A stretch of 64,000 nt of DNA, taken from positions 5,828,001 through 5,892,000 of the forward strand of contig CM060731.1 in assembly GCA_030704615.1 (NCBI GenBank), written 5' to 3'. Of the stretch, positions 23,201-35,747 are shown in pieces (within the stretch, counting starts at the first letter, position 1; each line of letters starts with the position of its first letter). Under the pieces are notes generated by a model. It made no database searches. It was not told the DNA's origin and was given only the letters and a program-made list of their open reading frames with translations. A program made the translations under genes and the position numbers. This DNA is from Takakia lepidozioides. Taxonomy: Eukaryota > Plantae > Bryophyta.

Positions 23201-25097
23201 TCAATTGTTTATTCCAAGGTAAGTCTTACCAGAGGCGTCAGCCCCTGACAAAGGTAGGTTCTGTACCTCAAGGGTCTACCCACTCTCGGCACTAGACTGA
23301 AATTTAAACTCAGGGCAGGAAGCCTACCTTTGAACAGCAAACAGAAGCAGAGAGGAAAGGGAGAGTGCAATTGCCCGTTGTGTGGGCAATCTGAAGACAG
23401 TATTCATTTTCTGATACACTGTCCGGGGTTCTCTCACCAAAGAGACGCTCTCTTCAAATCTATTAAGGGAATTGTGCCTGTACCCCTGTTTACCAACTTT
23501 GAAAGTCTCGAGGCTGAGCCAAAAGCCCAGGCCCTCCTGAGGCCTAGTTTTTGGGCAAATCACACACAGCAGATTGATGCTTGTGTGAAGGGATTTCTAG
23601 AGGATATCTGGAAAACCCGGATTAATTCTTTATATGGAGGTAAGTCTTACTACCAACGTCAGCCCCTGACAGAGGTAGGTTCTGTCCCTTTTGTTCCCGC
23701 TCAAACTGGGCGCGGGGTCAATGGCCACAAGGCTACGGCAAACAACGTCTTATGAGTACAATCTCTAGGGCAAGATTTGCAGAGTTTAAATTGGATGATG
23801 GTTCCTTACTAACTGTTGCTCAAGGAAAGGCAACTGAAAACACTCATGCTCAAACCAATCGATTGACATATTACTTTCCCTAGTACATTTGAAGGATGCT
23901 CAGGAGGTACTGATCTCCTTGGCTTAGACATGTTAATGAAATGGCGTTGTTATGATGCACTTTAAATCTTATAGGATGAGGATTTGACTTTCAATCAATG
24001 TGAAATATAGCTTTGATTTTAGATTGCAATAAGGAGTAAATAAGAATTCCTCATGACATTGCGGTGTTTGTTTTTGTAGAACTCATCATCCATCTCAAGT
24101 GCTGACTTTTTTGACCGTGAAGAGGGAGCGTCAAATGGATCTGCTATTGATCTTACTGCAAGTGAGATCATGTCGAAGCTGTCAATGCAGGTAATTGTGC
24201 CCAAAGCTTGTCCATGTAGGGTCAGCAGGTTGCAAGCTGTTGTGCTGGCATGGGTTCTTAATTGGGCTTTGCTTGGTAATGTCTCACCCCATTCCATGAA
24301 ACAAACATTTCAGCAACATTATCCTTGGGTGTTTAGATTTGTTTGTTGTACTTCTCTCAAAATCATGCCAACTGGATGTACTAGGGTTCTTTCTTCCTAC
24401 ACAACCATTTAGTATGAAATTGAGAAAGTTTAGGGATGAGACAAAATGTTATTTCATCAATTGTCAAGTACACCATGGCATGTCACAATTCTTTGTCAGT
24501 GCCATAGCCTCCTGTTGCAGCACTGATGCAGTAATGGTATTATTCAAGCAGCTGCATGCAGCACTACTTTTTCTCAGCTGTAGGTATTTGTTTGGACTTC
24601 TTGTCAGAGAACCTGGAGAGTGCTATCTAATCATCTGACAAGCCTTTTCACAAATGACCTGTCCGTGCTAGCTGTAGGTTTCCTTCTAATGCTCCTTATA
24701 TTTGGGATGTCTTTTCACGTCCATATTCTTTTTGATGACTCCACATTTGCTTGTGGAGTGTCATTTGACATTCTTAAGAAGCCTAGTGTGATGCACCTCT
24801 GCTCTCACTTGGCCTCCTCCCTTCTGTCGTGCTCGTTTTTTCCACACTCCACTGATAGACTTGGTTGTAATGTCTGACTAATCTGACAGTCCTGTGTCCA
24901 ATATCTGTCTGGTGTTTTAACGAACCCCATGGCTTCAGATAGAATCTGGAAGTTTGTAGAGCAAGGCTGATGGATCGGATGGTGGCCAGGCCTCACAGGA
25001 TATGTCAACACTGAAAACCATCGCTGGACAAACTGGGAAGAAGCTGACATCTATTGCCTCCAGTCTGATTGCAGATCTGCAGGATCGTATTAGATAA
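17278..25097 (+). CDS. AGD8/AGD9/AGD10: Glo3-type ADP-ribosylation factor GTPase-activating protein (AGD8/9/10 family), 7 exons
   Basis: Exons 17278-17346, 19171-19289, 19716-20136, 20530-20787, 21054-21179, 24080-24190, 24990-25097. Zinc finger [34 protein letters not shown], two ISS Glo3 motifs, C-terminal ..LQDRIR*. Confidence 0.95.
21281..23766 (+). mobile_element. Head-to-tail concatemer of five 5'-truncated non-LTR retrotransposon (LINE) pieces in ArfGAP intron 5
   Basis: RT C-terminus ([16 protein letters not shown]) and CCHC finger CPLC..HFLIHC. Pieces at ~21281-21395, 21396-22698, 22699-22774, 22775-23264 (diverged) and 23265-23766; all but the fourth end in TTATGAGTACAA.. Confidence 0.9.
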
Positions 25098-26813
25098 AGT
25101 GTACGTGCACTGTGCGTGACACCTCTCTTCTGACTCTCTAGGACCCTGTATTCAAGGGTCTTGTTGAATGCTTGATTGATTCAACATGCTTTTGAGAGAT
25201 CTAAATGATTACTTATTACATGATCTGCTGTCTAATTGGCCACTACAACCACCCAGTGCAAAGAGGTTGACACTTGACACATCCATCTAAATGATTAAAG
25301 GAGGATGCAGAGAATGCTGACTAATGGAAGTTGCATTGAAGTGTGGGCTTTGGGAGTCTTTTCCCTTTTTATCTGTCTGCTGGCTATGATGGGAATCAAG
25401 CGGAATGTGGGGTTGCATTGTTGGTGTGCAGATTGGCGAGTTTCGGTTTTTAAAGTGAGATGGATTATGGTGGTCAGTGTTGGGTGGGGAGCAACTGGAG
25501 ACTATACTTACACAACAGACTGCAGGGAAGAGATATGCTGGATATCTATACATGTGGGATGCTGCCAATCCAGCAAGCTATATGGCCCTGATTACTGCTA
25601 GATTATGATTCTTGGAGCATTTATGTTGAATAATGGGGAGAGGCTGGTGCTGAGGGTACTGCAGCAAGCTTTCTCTGGTCCTTGCATAGCAGGGGTTGGT
25701 GTTTGTTGCTCGCCGCCCTTCATTCTAGTGCGACATATGCATCTGTTCTACCTTCCATGCTGGCCTACTCGATGTTGAGTCTTTATTGTTGCGAGAAATA
25801 TCCAATTTTCTAGTGCAAACACTCGCATGGGTTTTGCTAGTCTAGCTTGAAACACCTACCTGACTTAAGGACTATGGCATTTATGTACAGTAAAAAGACC
25901 CGGCACAAGTGGATTGTGCCGGGTAAGCAGGCGTGTGTCTGCAGCTTAAATGCCGACTTCCAGGCCCAGGTATGGGGGACCATGCTGTAACTCCATGGTT
26001 GCAGCCCTTTGCCCTCGTAACTAGGAAGGCCATGTAATGCTGCATGGGGGCCCGGGACCACTGCTACTTCCCACCCTGCTAAAAGAGTGTACTGAAAACA
26101 CAGGTCTATGAAGATACGTCGAGTACGGCTTACCACCGTTTCTTACTGTGGTGGAATCAGCAAGATAATACTTGCAATCACATATGTAGTGCTAAGGATG
26201 CAGTGGATCTGTCCAGCAGTGACAAGTGCATCATTCAAATGATTTGAGCTCATGGAAAATATCCTCAGCATTTGAGGATTGTGACCACTATTCAAAGTCT
26301 TGAGATCATGGTTTGTATTGTGCAATATGGCTCATGAAGCTGCCAACTCCTCTATATTACACATGAACCTCCAGTAGTGTATTCACATTGCAAGACCTGA
26401 CATTGCTGTACATCATATCACATCCAACACACCCAACCAAAAAGCAGTTTTGTTTGGATTAGATGAGTGCTAGTTGAATGGAGGCCCCTCTTCCTCGTCA
26501 TTCCTCAGAAGTAGGCAGCCTGATACATCACAGGAAGTGGTAACGCCACGTGAATGGATCAGAAAAACTACAAAGTTAAACGGAACCTTTTCTTGATTCC
26601 AGTAAGATTCCAAGAGCAACGCCAGATTCTGAGAAGATGCCATAGCTTGAGCAAAGTGGCGAAGGTGCGAGGTGGGCTAGAGTGTTGCTGTTGTGTGGAG
26701 TGAAGGAGGTGGAGTGGTGGTGGGTGGCTTTAGCATGCCTGCAACTGGTCTCTTCTAACCATCTCTGCAGGCCGGGGTTCCACACCAATCTGCAATTCGG
26801 CATCACCGCTAAC

Positions 26814-29800
26814 ATGGGTATGTCTCACTATGCTTGCCGGCTTCTGGAATGCTTGTGGTTCTGCAAGTATGATTGTGGAGGATAGGCCGGGGGTGCTTAG
26901 GTCTAGGTCTGAATGAATGGATTCAGGTGTCTGGGGTGCTGGCCTATTTAGTAGGTGACGTAACGCGCTCCGATAAGGATTGAATTCGGCAGGTTACAGG
27001 GGTGGTGGGAGATTCAGAGGTTTGGAGACCAATTGCTTGTGTGTGTTACTGATTGTGCACGACTGCTATACTGGTCCAATTATGGTTACTGGTATGGGCA
27101 GACTGGTTAATTGTAAGAAATAAGAGAAGCAGCAGAGTGTATTAAGGTGGGGATGCATCAATTGGTTAATGATCCTACCTTGTCTACATCAATCTTAAAG
27201 GAACTTGAGTCATGGGCATAATCTAACAATCCTTGCTTTCAGAAATTTTGGATTCCGATGACCAAATATTAGCTAGGAGTTTCGCTGGCAGGGACAAGTA
27301 AGGCCGGTGAAGGGAAAAATGAAGGGGTTGGGAAGCTGTCTTGTACAAGCTCTGGGTAGTGGCACTGACGTGTCTACTGTGTTTTGGAAAGAGTCTCGTA
27401 TTCCACTTAGTGGTTTTCTACCAAACTGTGGGTGCAATTGTTTTTAGATGAAGATGGACGAGTCTCCCTCACCTGTATAGATGTGAACACAACAGTTGAT
27501 GTGGGTTTGTGTAGGGTCGATGGATGCCATGGAACGTGGCAAGTGGCGGTTGCATCAGCTGACCGCACACTTGACCATGGATCAAGCCTCTCTTACTGCA
27601 GTGGTGAGTATACATTTGGTCCTCCAGTTTGCCCTGACCTGTGCACAGGGATGGGCACTAAGCAGAGAGATGTGAAGACCGTGGAATTCCTGCAATTGAT
27701 CTGAGCGCTGTGTCCTGTCGCTATAATTACAACATATTTTGATTCAATAGTGGAGCGAAGGGCTTGCACTTCGTAATTCTTACTCCTTTATGTCAGAAAA
27801 TAGATCTTTGGAGACTACACAAAGGAAGGTTTGATGGTGGTGAGATCACCACTGGATGCAACTTTTAATGAGCTATAACTCATGAACCTATACCCTACCC
27901 AGCTTCTGAGGCTGTTTCCTCATTCTAGTACTGGTTTGATAGCCATGCAGAAGTTGGACTTGTCAAAAGCCCGCATATTGGATGTATATGTATTGTTGCG
28001 GTACATTTGGTGGTGTGAGAATGGTTGGGGCTGGTGATGACAAGGGGTGTGGCAGGCATGCATGGGCAGTCTTCGCAGGGATGGCCGAGTGTGCTATGCA
28101 AGGCCTGCCTCTAATGATGCACAATTCATGCGCCCAGCCGCGGCAGAGGTGGGCTGCCAGATTTCTCGTTTTGTAGTTGCTTGCTTCTTCACTGCATTTC
28201 CGTGCATTTGACTCCCCGGGAGACCGCTCGTTGCCTTCTATTTGTTCTTTGTAACTGTCAAAGTACTCCAATTTGATGGGCATGGGTGTTGATTCATGAC
28301 AAAGATGGATAGTAAGGAGGGATTACATTAAGTTGGTTTGGGAGAGGTAGCTGAGGCCGTACAATCGTATTAGATTACACAGCTAAAAGACCACAGTCAC
28401 TAGTGAGGATGTGACATGGCAGGTATTACAGGTGGAACACTCTGAAGATGAGGATGACGTTCCTTTGAGTCTGCCTGTGTCAGCACTGGGGCCTGAGATG
28501 GCACAACCATCAGATGCAGATGTTGACAAGGGTGGGCCCTTATTTGGGAAGCCGGCGGCAGAAGAGGCTGACCAAGTGGGCACACCTTTATTTGCACGCA
28601 GCACAGAGCTTGTGGAAGATGACGACAAGGAGAAGGTAGCTGCAAATGCCTGGGTGACTAGTGAGCAGCCAGCCCAGCCTGCCGAGCCACAGGCTCAAGG
28701 CCTTGGTACTGATTCTTTGGCTCACAAAATTCTTATGTGAGAGGGAAACCCTTCTATGTAGGATGTAGGATGCACGAGCATTCATTGACCGCTTTAGAAT
28801 CATTTCAAGAAGCTGAGGGAGGGTCCCTTTTACATACCTCATGAACAATTTACTCCATGGAGGTACAAGCGAAAAAAAGCCCAAATTTGCAGACCCTTGA
28901 TAAAGGGAAGGTGTTGACTTTGAAATAATTCTGGAGTGAAACCAGTTCAATATGTGTATTGTAGAAATTTGGGTGCAATACAATACCCAATCAGCTCAAT
29001 TGGACAGCTAAAGAAAATGGTTTAAGCCAATGTGTGTGCAAAGTTGTGGTATGGGTAGGCTAACCAGGAGGAATGATCTGCCTTCAGGATTTCAGTGGTT
29101 TCCTCGGATGGATGTAGTGGAGTCAGGCACTGCATATGTTATCACTGTGGAACTGCCAGGGGTCAGTGTTGAGGGCATCCGCGTGGAAGTTGACCATGGC
29201 AGGTGCTTCATTTGATGTATATGTCCCACGTGATGAGTTTCGACAGTATTGTGTATGTAGATATTTGTGATTTGTCAGGCGTCAGCGTAATGGTTAAGCT
29301 TGCTGATTTGATCTCGCAAGATCATTCTTTGGTTTTCTGAGGCCTTCCACTGGTAAGCAGCTGAGGAAGTTGGTTGTGCTTTGTGTCAGCCTGGTTGTAA
29401 CTGGGAGTCGGGCAACAGATTGGTGGAAAATTCATAATGGAAATGGTGGTGTGTATCATCGACAGGAGCTCGCTCAAGGCCCCTACCGTGCTGTCTGGCG
29501 CCTACCCAAGAATGGTGACATTAGTAATATCACGGCCGAGTTCATGTAATGTGCTTTATCTCTTTCTGCCAGTAGCAAAGAAGTGTCTCGGGTCAAGATC
29601 TTGCAGGGGTGCAGTATGGTTTTGCAAATCACTAGACGAGATAATTGGAGACACTTTCTCCAGTGGTGATTGCTCGTTCTCGGCAGAGGCCTTTTGTTTG
29701 CACCCTGAATGTTAGGAGGAAGCCTGAATGTTGATTGTGGCTGGGTGTGGAACATGCAGTGACGGTTTTCTAAGGGTTTTGGTGCCCAAAACCAGAGTTA

Positions 29801-29814
29801 TCAGGTATCTTTGA
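26814..29814 (+). CDS. ACD32.1: Alpha-crystallin-domain small heat-shock protein, ACD32.1/ACD31.2-like, with PTS2
   Basis: Exons 26814-26817 (possible), 27515-27603, 28056-28148, 28423-28705, 29088-29202, 29390-29545, 29760-29814. RLHQLTAHL; WFPRMDVVESG..VELPGVS..IRVEVD; YHRQELAQGPY..AEFIDGFLRVLVPK. Confidence 0.85.
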
Positions 29815-30963
29815 GGTGTGTGGTGTAGATTGGTGAAGGATGTTCAAAACATGGCCACATATTGCAGTGGCCAGCTTGTTGTGGACTATGCATATGCCAG
29901 TCTTGCAGTATTAGTTGACTGATAGCTATATAATCAGCGAGGATGTAGTGCTCGTGCACCGTCACGATCGGCAAAGCCCTAAACTGTATCAATGTTTCTT
30001 TCCTTGTAATCCATCTGGTTTACTGTTGAAGGATTGAACTACATTGTTAGTTATTGTTGCTGACGTGTTCATATTATGCGAAGGTGGGTTGCAAGCTAGT
30101 TTCGTGCTGCTTGGATTAAGTATCACCTAAGTCGGGCCAAAATGGTGGTAAATGCCTTCGTAAAACAACGTGGAGCATGAAATTAGGCTAGGACCTGTAA
30201 GTCCCGTGTGTTTCCAGATTTGGAGGTTGCCACATGCATATTACAATTGCATAGCATGCAGTTCAATTGAATGACAGAGTAGAATTGAGTTCAAGGTGTT
30301 TCTGGAAGTTCAATTGAATTGTGCATTTTAGGTTTGTGGTCATTTGAATTGCGCATTGCCAACCATTGCCTTACTGGTATTCCCTACATGGAACAGAAAT
30401 GGAATATATGACATCAGGCACCCGCACATTATTACCTTGGAGCCCATGGCCAAGATTTCACTCGGGTCAGTCTTTGCCCCTCCCTTGGCCTCTGAACTTC
30501 ATATACTAAAAGGTTAACTGCCAGAGACCAAATGATGGGCCAACATTTAGAAACATTTCCGGTGTGCTTCTGAGTGAAGAACTAAAGATGCCCTTGACAA
30601 AAGAGGTGAGAAAAAAGAGGTGAGAAAAAGAGGCACCAGTTGGAGGTTATCAGTAGGCTCCAGTATGGACATCAAACATCTGCTCAGGATTCTACCACAT
30701 CTTCCGATGATCAATGCATGGGCTGACTCATGTTGCAATGCTCACATCATATGGAACAACTTGGAGTTCCAACCTACAGTTACCCACAAACTATTAGCTT
30801 GTGCGAGTCCAATGCCGTCTTCGAGGACTACGACTACAAGTCTGGTTCGTGCCTGAGCAATAGCATCTGCTCTTCATGGTTCCCAATTGCATGAAACACC
30901 AGGTCAATACTGAGTCATTGCACTCGATGCATATCAGATTTTTGTTTAAAAAAAATTAATAAT

Positions 30964-31237
30964 AAAGGGAAACACCTGGGAGTGACAGCTCACAAATCAG
31001 GCCCCTTAATTTTTTTTTTAAATTTTTAAAGGGAAACACCTGGGAGCGCCCTTAATTATAGTGAGAGGAGAAAATAACCTCTTTCACAGTAACCGCGCCA
31101 TGGAGGCGTATAAGTGGGACACCGCCTAGGGAAGGGGGAGAAGAGAATACCACACCCGTCAAGTAGCAAGATTTGACCCCAGAATCATCTGGGTGTTAGT
31201 CAGTGCAATTAACCAACTGAGCCACTGACTGTTGGTG
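30964..31237 (-). mobile_element. tRNA-derived SINE, copy 2, with duplicated 3' tail and T-rich end
   Basis: Homologous to 9705-9894, with A and B boxes. AAAGGGAAACACCTGGGAG occurs twice (~30964 and ~31028). Confidence 0.75.
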
Positions 31238-31405
31238 CATCCCTTGAGTCCTCCTTTCTTCAGTCACATTCACATATCGTCCCTTATCAATCGTTTAGGC
31301 ATTTTTGCGCCTAATAATTATTAAAAACCAAACATACTGCTTAGGCACGTTTCTCAAACCATTTCTCACTTTCTAAGACAATACTATCATCATGTCCATG
31401 AAAAA

Positions 31406-31900
31406 TTGAACGGTAACCACCGAGACGTGCGGAGTTGGTTTGATGACAAGACCAACCCTTTCGTTGCTGATTTTCTGCACCACCCCAATGTCCGTCATGA
31501 TGCAATGGCTCTTGACAGGCTAAAAGCCTGTTGTAGTGAACGTGAGCCAGAACTGGCGACCCTTGTTTTTGTGGATAAGGGGATACACCCGAGGTGGAAA
31601 TTGGAGGACATAGTGCGATATGCACTCGAGCACAAACACCATCTCCGGAAGATGGACAAAAAGCTGTAAGTCCATCTTGGTCTTGTTTTTTTGCCCTTCC
31701 TGTTTTTTTGTGACTCTTGGTTTTTTTCGTTGCACATGCCTATAGATTAATGAGTTGTTTTAGTGGTTGTAGGTACATGCGGCAGACTGAAACCCAGTAG
31801 GAGAAGACAATATGCATGGGGAGAAGTGGTGATCTTACTCCCTATTTTTCAGGCAGATGACGATTATCACTGGGAGTATCTAGCACACTCAGATTTTTTC
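31406..31900 (+). pseudogene. Orphan coding fragment of unknown family, probably TE-derived
   Basis: 87-aa protein-like ORF ending at a GTAAG donor (~31666), with an acceptor near 31772 and a stop in the next exon. Confidence 0.35.
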
Positions 31901-32797
31901 TGCACCTCAAATGGGAACTACGAAAAAGACATTTAACAGTTCTACATAACCAAACTTTGTCATGGACCATAATTGGGTTGAATGGGAGGGTGTGGGAAAG
32001 CTTAGATGCATAGTACAAAGGGAGATAGAAACTAGGCGAGAAGGTTGGCGATTACATCCAGCACGAGGGTATAGAGAGAGAGAGAGAGAGAGAGAGAGAA
32101 TTTCAAAACCAAAACCCTTTCTCAAATCATGAATCTCTCTGATGGATTGTCTTAACTCCCTGCCATGATGTACTTACAATTGTTTAGTGCCGGTAGTTTA
32201 CCTTGACCCTACTGTGAAAGTTGTGAAGTTGTGGTTGCAAGACTGGGGCTCTGCATACTTTAGTGGAACAATTGCTGGCATCTTCCCCATTAGAGCTACT
32301 CTGTTCTGAATGGAAAAGTTGTTCAAGAAAGCACGGTATTATGTGGTCATATGCTGACGAGTAGCAGCTTTGTTATGTTGTCTTTCTTTAACTTGCACAT
32401 CACTTCGCTATGGAAATTTGTTGGAGACTGTATTTTGCTGAGGTTTGACAGGGATCTAAGTGTGTTAAGCACACCCTCCAAGGTTGTAAGCAGCAGTGGT
32501 TTGTTGGGCGGCTTTCATAGAGTGCAATAACTCCTTCCTCGGCTCTGTGATAGTGCCGGTTATAACAATAGTTGGACTCTAAGAGGGAGTTTGGTTGATG
32601 TCTCCTACATTTATGAACTATGTCTTACTGGTTTCCTCATTTCTGTCGACAGGTATGAGCTCAATCTTGCTACTTCTAGACTATGTCAAGGGTGCAGGGT
32701 TGGTTTGATGTCTACGAGGCATTTATACTGTTTGATTCAGAAGTAGGTCGAGTTTGGACAGGCCTCTCATAGATTCAATGCACTGGAGTTGTTGCAG

Positions 32798-34180
32798 ACA
32801 GATAAGATGATTGTGGCAATTACAGGAGCAACAGGTTTCACAGGCTCAAGACTGGTTCAAAAACTTCTTGCTGGTATGTGCCCACTTAATTATACATATG
32901 GGGGGATCCAGATGATCATTGGTTGTACTATTTCTTTGGAGCTTGGTTAGGTGAAGATTCATCAATGTGTTGAATATAGCCCAAATAATGGTTTCTTCAC
33001 TCATAGATCTAGCAAAAAGAAGGCCTCAGTCTCCAAACCAATTATGATGTTCATGATGCAGGTGGCCATAAAGTTCGAGTACTCACACGTTCAGCGTCCA
33101 AGGCTCGCTCTGTCTTTCCTGGTAAGAAAAAATTCTGGTTTACAGCAAATTGCCAAACACATCTATGTTTGCTTGACTGACTAGAAGGGGGTGAGGCAAC
33201 TGGCTTTCGTTTGTCATAAACCCTCTCAAGTTATGCTGTGTACTGATTAAGCACAATGTAACTGGAGGATGGTCATCCTGAGTAGGTGCAAATGATTGTA
33301 CAGCAAAATGTACGACGACGTTTAAGAGTTTTCATTTGTCAAATCGCTGGCATTTGACACTGTAGGTTTCTGAAGTCCAAGAAGATTCTTTGTGTCAGAA
33401 GATGTCACACAACTTCATGCAGCTTGGGCCAACACTTCAATCACTGTGAGAAGAAAAAAAGAGCTGATAGTTAATGTGGTCTGCAAATACAGAGAGAATA
33501 TCCAGGTGTGGTGGTTGCAGAGGAAGGGGAATGGTCCCAGCTCATCCAAGGAGCAACAGACGTGGTCAACCTAGCTAGACTTCCCATGAGCACACGCTGG
33601 ACTCCTCAGGTTCTCTCTTGTCTCTCTCCCCTACAAACAAACCAGTACTCTTCAGTATGGTTGCATTTGCTTCGTCCTTGTTTAAAGTCCTTGCATGATC
33701 TGTGTAGTACTGTTTAGAGCGTGTTTACCAGTCTAATGTTGGATCCTGAGCATTTCTTTGGATGTAATGTGGCAGGTGAAAGCAGACATAAAGAACAGCA
33801 GAGTTGCAGTGACTGACAAGGTAAATTGCATCTCTTCTTTGTCAGATGCTTGCTGTCAAATCAGGGGCAAACTTGTGATCCTGATGTACATCCTTACCAA
33901 GATGCTGTTTGGAACACAAGTGCCCTAACTCAGTCTTCTTCTTTTTCCGTGTTTATTGTTTCAGTCAAAACTCTGTTGGCCATTCATTTCTCATCATATG
34001 CCTGTCCACCCCAGCAAGAACAAATGAAGGAAGGTAGAGGAGGCATATCTTGGAGTGAGTCTACCTGGGTATCTTGGTTGCACTGCTCAGTAATTTGCAA
34101 TTGGGTATGGTTGGGATCCAGGTTGTGAAGGCAATCAATGCTGTGCCAGAGGAATTGCGGCCCGGAGTTCTTGTGTGTTC
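32798..34180 (+). pseudogene. GC1: Fragmentary GC1/SulA-like (SDR39U1 epimerase family) gene with introns
   Basis: IVAITGATGFTGSRLVQKL; W..LIQGATDVVNLARLPMSTRW; IKNSRVAVTDK; VVKAINAVPEELRPGVLV. One internal exon and the C-terminal half are missing. Confidence 0.8.
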
Positions 34181-34511
34181 TTGTGTGTATCTTGTGTTCT
34201 TGTGTTTATACCTACAGCTGAGCTTTGGTCTTCTGGGCCCAGGGGAGAGATGTGGAGGATGTGTTAATTGAAACTTGAGTACATCGGGAGGGTTGATCTT
34301 CTATTACCAACGGGCACACCATCTAGTTGTAATCTGTTTAATGTCAATACATGGTTATCCAGTGTTTCTCTCGGAAGATCTGAGTGCCTCAAAAGACTTT
34401 GCATTGTGTCCAACTCGTTCAAAATGTAATATCAATGGATGTGGTCAGCATCATGTTCTTGTCGTATTTACCTGTCGTATCTGACTCAAAGCTGTACATT
34501 TTCTTTGGCAG

Positions 34512-34960
34512 GAAGGGAGCTTGGGTTTGATTCGTGGAGATGAAAAGTTTGATCCCAAGAAGGGGTTCAAGTTCTCCACATTTGCTTTCTGGTGGATTCG
34601 GCAGGCCATCACGCATGCAATAGCTGAGCAGTCAAGAACCATCCGCTTGCCTATATGTGGCCTTTTGGCTTGTCACACCAGCATGAAACTAATCTGAAGA
34701 ACTTCGCATGAATGAATACAGTTGTAGCTCTGCATTTTGTAAAAGTGAAAGTGGACCCATTGTTTCCCGTCACATTTTTATGGTGGGTGTTCCTTGCAGA
34801 TTCATGTCTATGAGATAATAGCGCGGGTCAACAAAGCTAAGAAGATGTTGATTCAGGAACATGGCCGCCAACCATGGGATGAAGAAGTGGCAGAACTTGT
34901 AGGCATGACTGTTGAGAAGTTGAAAATGATGAAGAAGTCAGCTAAGTCCCCAGACGGTAT
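34512..34960 (+). pseudogene. Two-exon fragment of a nuclear-encoded plastid sigma-70 factor (regions 2.3-3)
   Basis: [44 protein letters not shown] / IHVYEII..HGRQP..EEVAELVGM. Donor site mutated (AT at 34653). Confidence 0.85.
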
Positions 34961-35296
34961 TGAAGTTGTTATTGAATGAAATGCTAGAGAGTGGTTTTTA
35001 AGTTTATAATTTGTTGACAATAAGTTAAACAGATGTGGAGATTTGCGTCATGGACTTATATGACATTCAGCTGACCCTCAACGCTTGAGGGTTCTTGCAG
35101 TACAATTGTCAGCAATTATTAGTGGAGTTTCAACAGTTGGCACATTGCAGATAAATGCCTTTCTGGCCCTGTTGAGCTAATATGATACATCTGGTGTCTT
35201 GCCATTTTGACATTAGAAGGGAAGACAGTGAAAAAACGGTTTGAGTTCAACAGAAAAGCTGGTTTCTAAAGTGTGTGTGCTCCAAGAATATCTGTG

Positions 35297-35560
35297 TAGA
35301 GCCCAAACCGTGTAGGCATCCCTATTTCGTATCCCTATGGTGATATATATGCCCTTATCCCCTTGGTGCATACCCCCTGCATACCCCCTGCCTATCCCCT
35401 GCATATCCCCTGCCTATCCCCTGCGTGTAATATCCCATGTGGTCCCACTTTCCCCAATGACCAACAAAAACCCTGCATACTATCTTTTTCCGTCAAATCC
35501 CCTTCCTGTAGACAGGGGATTTGACATATTTCCCCTACAGGGGACGCACAAAAAGATTCC
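35297..35560. repeat. Possible hAT-like end with 12-bp TATCCCCTGCMT tandem repeats
   Basis: TAGAGCCCAAAC start; about five tandem (T)ATCCCCTGC units at 35355-35425. Confidence 0.4.
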
Positions 35561-35747
35561 TGTGCTTGGACATCCTACTCTCATGCCCTGCTTACGAAGA
35601 AAAGGAAACAAAAGGAGATTCTAATATAACTCCACGACTCAGGGCTAAAATCTAGTCCACTAAATTGTCAATATCAGAGTTGATCAAAATCCCTCCTTGA
35701 CAGACTCTTTTGCATCCTACATTCAGAAAACCCATCTTGCAGGAGAG

